A DNA stretch of 64,000 nt from Octopus sinensis (lineage: Eukaryota). Position 1 is the stretch's first letter; every line of letters starts with the position of its first letter. Location: positions 103,974,001-104,038,000 of the forward strand of contig NC_043004.1 of the NCBI RefSeq assembly GCF_006345805.1, read 5' to 3'. The translations under genes and the position numbers were made by a program. A model generated the notes under the pieces. It ran no database searches. It saw nothing but the letters and a program-made list of their open reading frames with translations, and was not told the DNA's origin. Shown piece after piece: positions 58,060-64,000 of this stretch.

Positions 58060-60540
58060 CATGAAATATGCTGGGTTGTGGTGATGCTGGGGCCGGTGGT
58101 GGTGGTGGTGGTGATGGTGGTGTGGTGGTGACGATGTTTGTCGTGGTGGTAGTTGCGATGGTGATGATGATGCTGGTGATGATGGTAGTGGTGATGGAGA
58201 TGGTACTGAGGGCAATGGTTGCTGATGACGACGATGGCGATGGCGATGGCGGCGAAGGTGATAGTAATGCTGATAGTGGTGGTGGTGGTGGTGGTGATGG
58301 TGGTGGTGGTGGTGGTGGTGGTGGTGATGGTGGTGGTGGTGGTGGTGGTGGTGGTGGTGGTGGTGGTGACATCGATGTTGGTGACGGCAGTGATAGCGGT
58401 GGTGTTAGTTGTGGTTGTAGTGCTGGTGGTAATTCGCAGAGGGGACGGGGGGTGTTTTCCAACTAAAAAGGGGGATCAGTTAAAACTACTAATTCCATGC
58501 AACCCCCACCCACCCCTGTCCTCACCACCTCCATCACTTACCCCCTCACCTCATCCACACACGCATACACACACTCACACACACACACATATATATTCAT
58601 GTATACGCACATACACAGGCGCACACACTCCCACGATTCTAAACCAACAACCCGCCAACCCAACCCTACCATGGATTTCTTTTTGTTTCATTCTTCTTCT
58701 TCTTATTTCATCTGATCCACTCCCCCTCCTCCCCCCTGTATTCATATCAGATGAAGGGGAGTAATTAAAGCAGCAACGGAGCCCTTGTTTTCCCTTCCTG
58801 CTCTCTACCCACCCCATCTCTCTCTCTCTCCCTCTCCTTCACTGTCTGTTTGTATCTCTGTCTTTCTCTGTTTTATTATTAGTGGTGGTGGTGGTGGTGG
58901 TAGTGGTAGGGATAGTGGTGGGGTGGTGGAGGTGGTGGTGGTGGTGGTGGATTGAGTGGTAGTGGTGGTGGTGGTTATAGTGGTGGTGGTGGTAGTGGTA
59001 GCGATAGTGGTGGGGTGGTGGAAGTGGTGGTGGTGGTGGATTGAGTGGTAGTGGTGGTGTTGGTGGTGGTGGTGGTTATAGTGGTGGGGGGGGGTGGAGG
59101 TGGTGGTGGAGGTGGTGGTGGTGGATTGAGTGGTAGTGGTGGTGTTGTTGGTGGTGGTGGTGCTTATAGTGGTGGTAGTGGTAGTGGTAGCGATAGTGGT
59201 GGGGTGGTGGTGGAGGTGGTGATGGTGGTGGGGTGAGTGGTGGTGGTAGTGGTGGTGTTGGTGGTGGTGGATGCGCACATGTAGTTATAGAGTAGTGGTT
59301 TCAGGCGTAGTAGTGGTGGTGGGGATGGCGGTGAGTGTGGTAGTAGTGGAGGTGCTAGTAGTGATGGTTGTGGTGGTAGTAGTGATAGCTGTAGTGAGGG
59401 TGATCGTGGCGCTGATTGTAGTGGTATGGTGGTGGAGGCAGTGGCGAATGTTGTTGTGGTGTTGGTAGTGGTGGTAGTAAAAGTAGTGATAGTAATAGTG
59501 AAAGTAGTGGTGGTGGTACTGCTGGTAGCGGTGGCGGTAGTATTGGTGGTGGTTGTCGTAGTGTCGTAGTGTCGGTGGCAGTAATAGACGATGTTGTATA
59601 GGTGCCAGTAGTAGTGGTAGTGGTAGCGGAAAGACATGGTGGTTGTATTAATAGAGGGTGGGTGCTAGTGGTTACCGTTGTAGTACAGTGATGAGATAAA
59701 GATCAATGGTGGTGGTGGTGGTGGTGGTGGTGGTAGCGCTGGTGGCGGTTATTGTTTATCCAAGGTCAGCTCCGATTGAACAGTTCTATGATTAAAAGCA
59801 TTCCGACTATGACCATCCCGTTTATTTAAGATACATATCTAGGATCTAATCTTGTAGGGGAGGGGGTGAAGAGGTCACTGCAGTAGAAGTAGTAGTGGTG
59901 GTGGGGGTGATGGTGTGATGGAAGTGGTGGAATGGTAAGGGATGTGGCAGTATTGGTGATAGTGGTGGTGGTGGTGGAAGGAGGTGGTACTTGTGATGGT
60001 GACAGCGGCGGCGATAATGATGGTGGTGGTGATGATGATGATGGTGGTGGTGGTAGTGATGGTGGCGGGGCTGATGGGGTGTGATGGTCGTAGTAGTGTG
60101 GTAGCAGTGTTGCTTTTTGCGGGTGTGAAGTGTGTGCTATGGTTGTGGTGGTAGTGATAGTGAAAATGGTGGTGATGGTTGAGATTAAAATGGTATGGGT
60201 ACTTGTGATGGCAATCGTGATGATGCCGATGATAATGATAACGATAATGGAGGTTCTGGTGGTGGTGGTGAAGGTGGTAGTAGTGATGGTGGTGATGGTG
60301 GTGGTGGTGGTGGTGGTGGTGGGTGGTAGTATTGGTGTGAGTGGTGATGGTGACGGTAGTGATGATGGCGGAGGCGGAGGCGGTGGCGGTGGTGGTGGTG
60401 GTGGTGGTGGTGGTGGTGGTTGTAGTGGTGGTGTCGGCGATGGTGGTGATGGTAGTGGTAGTGGTAGTGGTGGTGGGGGCTGATGGTGGTGACGATGATG
60501 GTGGTCGTGGTGGTAGTGGTGGTGGTAGTGGTTTCAAGTA
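58060..60540. repeat. Long (GGT)n/(GAT)n/(AGT)n low-complexity fields
   Basis: Blocks at 58060-58440, 58880-59760 and 59880-60540. Reading frames shift repeatedly. Confidence 0.92.
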
Positions 60541-61129
60541 GCAAGAAGGTTAGGGTAAGCTATTCCTTGAGGGAACCGGACAGACTGACAGTCAGTCAGA
60601 CAAACGAAGGCGGGGAAGGAAGAAGAGAAAAGAAAGCAAAGGGGGAGAGAAAGAGAGAGGGAGAGAGAAGAAACGAGGGAGGGGTGGGTGTGCAAAGAAG
60701 TGTGGCGGAAATAACAAGGAAACGAGTGGCGAGGTGAGGGGGAGGGCTTTAGAAGCATCTCACATAAGAAGTAGCATCTATCTGTGTATATGGATGCGCG
60801 CGCGCGCGTTTGTAATGTGTATATATTTCCACATACATATACACACATACATATGTAGGTATATGCATACATGTGTATATACATATATATATTCATATAT
60901 GTATACAAACACACACACACACACATATTTGTAGGTATATATAAATATCTGTATGCACATATGTGTGTGCGTCTGTGTGTATATATGAGTGTAAGTGTGT
61001 GTGTATATATATTTATATATATATGTATATAGTATATATGTATATGTATATATATATATTATATATATACATAATACATACATACATGCATGCATACGTA
61101 CAAGCATGACTCTATGTGTTTATGTGTGT

Positions 61130-61425
61130 GTGTATTTATAGATGTACACGTATATATATAAATATGTATGTATGTATGTATGTATGTATGAATGTATGCA
61201 TGCATGTATATGTATGTATGTATGTATGCATGTATGTATGTATGTGTGTGTATGTGTGTATGTATGTATGTATGTATGTATGTGTGTACGTATGTATGTA
61301 TGTATGTGTGTATGTATGCATGTATGTATGTATGTGTGTGTATGTGTGTATGTATGTATGTGTATGTATGTATGTATGCTTGTATGTATGTATGTATGTG
61401 TGTATGTATGTATGTATGTATGTAT
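61130..61425. repeat. (TATG)n/(TG)n microsatellite
   Basis: Direct reading. Confidence 0.97.
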
Positions 61426-62192
61426 GATCTCTATTAGTCTTGGCGTGTTCAGTTATTTATTTAATCACCTGAAGAAGTTCTAAACTCACTGGATTTGCAT
61501 ATAAGCGGCTGAGTACTCCGAAACCACGTGCACTCTTAACGGTTTTCTAATGTACAATCAAAGTCAAACAGTGTAACAAGAGTGAATCCTTAAAAAGTGG
61601 GATCTAACCTGCGGCTTTGCACACAGGTTCTATCTCTGTCAACCCAATTACACCGACAAAGATTGGATAGCTGCCATTTGCCCTAGGTGCTATGTAGGGA
61701 TCGCACCCGGGGCACATTGCGTATATACATACATTATATATATATATTAAATATCTCTCTCTCTCTCTCTCTCTCTATATAGATATATATATATATATAT
61801 ATCTTATATTATATATATATATACATACATATATACACACATATATATGCGAGCAAACGTCCGTGTATATAACGTGTGTGCGTGTGTGGTATACGTGTAT
61901 GTATGCATTATGTGTGTGTGCGTACGTGCGTGCGTGTGCGTGATGTATGTGTGTGTGTGTGTCAGTGTTTGTGCGCCACCACCGATTGACAACCATTGTG
62001 AAGTCAAGTTTATGTTCCCCGTAACATAGCGGTTCGGCATAAAAGACCGATAGAATAAGAACTAACTTTAAAAAAGAAGTACAGAGGTCAATTCATTCGC
62101 CTAAAACCCTTCAAGACAGAGCCCCAGCATGGCCGCATGAAAGAAGTATAATAGGAAACACACACACACACATTCACATACACACACACATT

Positions 62193-62255
<63 letters not shown>

Positions 62256-62687
62256 GTAGGTATGTGACAGGTTGTCTGATTTCCGAACGGAGCGATTTTA
62301 ATTCCCAAACCTACAAAACTATTCTATATTACAAGATCATATACGTTTCTACAAGTACCCAACTGCCACGTACTTAAATGCTTTCTATATTAAAGAATCA
62401 CTTTTCTCGAGTGGCTCTGCAGAAGCTGAGCACTTAAAGTAGAAACAGCAGTTAGCTGTTGAAAGTGGTGAAATAGCTCTTATTCATTTGCCGTTCGTTA
62501 ATTGCTCTGTGTAAGCGTTCAATGATTGGTTGCCGCTAATCAGTAGCCCACCGTAAATAAAATACGGGGTGACAGCGCCAAGTAGCGACATGAATAAATA
62601 CAACTTTGTTATTATTGAAGGATGATGGGAATATCATAAGAGGGACCTATCTCATGTGTCAGTCCATAGCTTCTACTCTTCTGGTTT

Positions 62688-63165
62688 CTGATGCTGAAGA
62701 AGAGATAATCACTCCGAAATGCATGCATCCGGGAGTCTGGTTAGAGAATGCTGTGAGCTGATTCGGTCTATTTACACTTGTCTACGGCTAGGAATTTTCT
62801 CCATGGCAAAACACAGTAAATGGCTTTCTAACGGGTTCGAATATACTTCAAGCATATTTGAACAGGTAATATGTTTGTATGAATACACATCACTGCTTAA
62901 CTCTGTCACTCCGAACTTTATTTTTGGCAAACCGCTGGATAGCACAAAAAAAGGAAACAAATGTAAAACTCCGATCTGCATTTCCGGTCCCTGCTGCTGA
63001 AGAGGAGATAATCACTCCGAAAAACATGCACCATGCAGTCTGGTTAGTGGGCACTGTGAACTGATTCAGTGTATTTACACTTTTCTGTCTGCAGCAAGGA
63101 TTTTTTTCCATGGCAAAATACAGTGAATGGGTTTCTTACGGGTTCAAATATGCCTCAAGCAGTTT
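62688..63165 (+). mobile_element. Tandem direct repeat (303-bp period), each unit starting with a hammerhead motif; retrozyme or Penelope pseudo-LTR-like
   Basis: CTGAAGA at 62694 and 62997, each followed by (A/G)GAG-ATAATCA-CTCC-GAAA and about 150 further homologous bases (GTCTGGTTAG..TATTTACACTT..CCATGGCAAAA..ACGGGTTC..TCAAGCA). Confidence 0.7.
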
Positions 63166-63268
63166 TCTTGTCTTTGCAGGCATGAATTGGCCTCTTCTCA
63201 GTCCATACGGCTTATGATGAATAACCCCGTTTTTATGACTTATGATGACTAACCCCGATGAATTGCAC

Positions 63269-63479
63269 GGTGACCGGTAATAAAGTCACAGTAATAAATC
63301 ACAATTTTTGCTAGGAAAAAAGTCACAGGAAAAAAGTCACAATTAATTTATGGGATCTGGACAAAACCCTCCTAGGAAAAAAAAAAACCTTCGCCTCCCC
63401 CCGACAAAACCCCTGTGACTTTTTCTCCTCTGATTTTTTTTCCGTGACTTTTTCGTTTGACTTTATTTTACCTGGATTC
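63269..63479. mobile_element. MULE/Mutator-type MITE with 9-bp TSD
   Basis: TIR-like GGTAATAAAGTCAC / TGACTTTATTTTACC with internal AAAAGTCAC sub-repeats. TSD GAATTGCAC (63260-63268) versus GAATTGTAC (63480-63488). Confidence 0.8.
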
Positions 63480-64000
63480 GAATTGTACCACAATTCTGAT
63501 AGTGTACTCCGACACCTGAAGGTCTTTGCCGTTGCTCCCATAGATTTTCCGAGATCATTATCGATAATTGAACAGGTAACAAGTTTGTACATATATTATT
63601 GTCTAAGCAAAAGTCGCTCCATTTGAGTTGACAAACAATCAAACGTATTCCAGCCGTGCACATCCTTTGCTTTGTTTTGTTTTTTTCATGTACGTATTGA
63701 GTATCCATTCGGTGCCAAGCCGAAAACCATGTAAACATCTTTGTGCTTCTATGATTTCCTGCGTGGTGTTGTTGTTATTTAACACCATGTTAGCCCTAAA
63801 AGGACAGTTGTTTGTCCCCTCTATGTTTAGCCCCTTGTGAGCAATAAAGAAATAAGATATATCATTAAAAACATTCTGCCCAAGACCATCCCACCTTGTA
63901 TATTTAGGACTATGTGACGTTTCTTTTTGCAAGACAGTTGGGTGAGATATGCTTCCTTTTGGCAACAAGTTGAGCGACAAACTCATTCCAACGAATGATC

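Noticed and set aside
57989-60544. Gly-, His-, Thr- or Pro-rich ORFs suggesting beak, suckerin or mucin proteins
   Set aside because: (GGT)n low-complexity DNA is open on both strands, frames shift repeatedly, and no unique coding segments exist.

Overview
This is AT-rich, microsatellite-dense eukaryotic DNA. The SINE families, Dong/R4 LINEs and (TACA)n/(TA)n/(TAA)n load suggest an octopus or other coleoid cephalopod genome (inference). It looks like intergenic or long-intron sequence, and no intact host protein-coding gene was recognised. Nearly all ORF-track entries are microsatellite read-throughs or transposon remnants. Supported content: one intact tRNA-Ala(CGC) gene plus a T-arm-deleted paralogue 2.2 kb away; a 2.85-kb 5'-truncated Dong/R4 retrotransposon (RT, CCHC, restriction-like endonuclease) plus three more Dong fragments stacked in a (TAA)n tract; decayed Tc1, Tc1/mariner-type and pogo transposases; two Helentron-type elements; hAT and MULE MITEs with TSDs; a probable solo LTR; a 33-nt U2 snRNA 5' fragment; and many tRNA-derived SINEs. 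The most notable theme is hammerhead ribozyme (HHR) motifs in several unrelated short repeats. These include a tRNA-headed SINE with an intact minimal type I hammerhead in its 3' part (present as an inverted pair) and a 303-bp tandem hammerhead repeat of retrozyme or Penelope type. The window also holds several near-perfect palindromes, an A-B-A'-B' inverted repeat block and a 91-bp 77% GC island. Family names come from recalled motifs, not database searches, and SINE and microsatellite boundaries are approximate.
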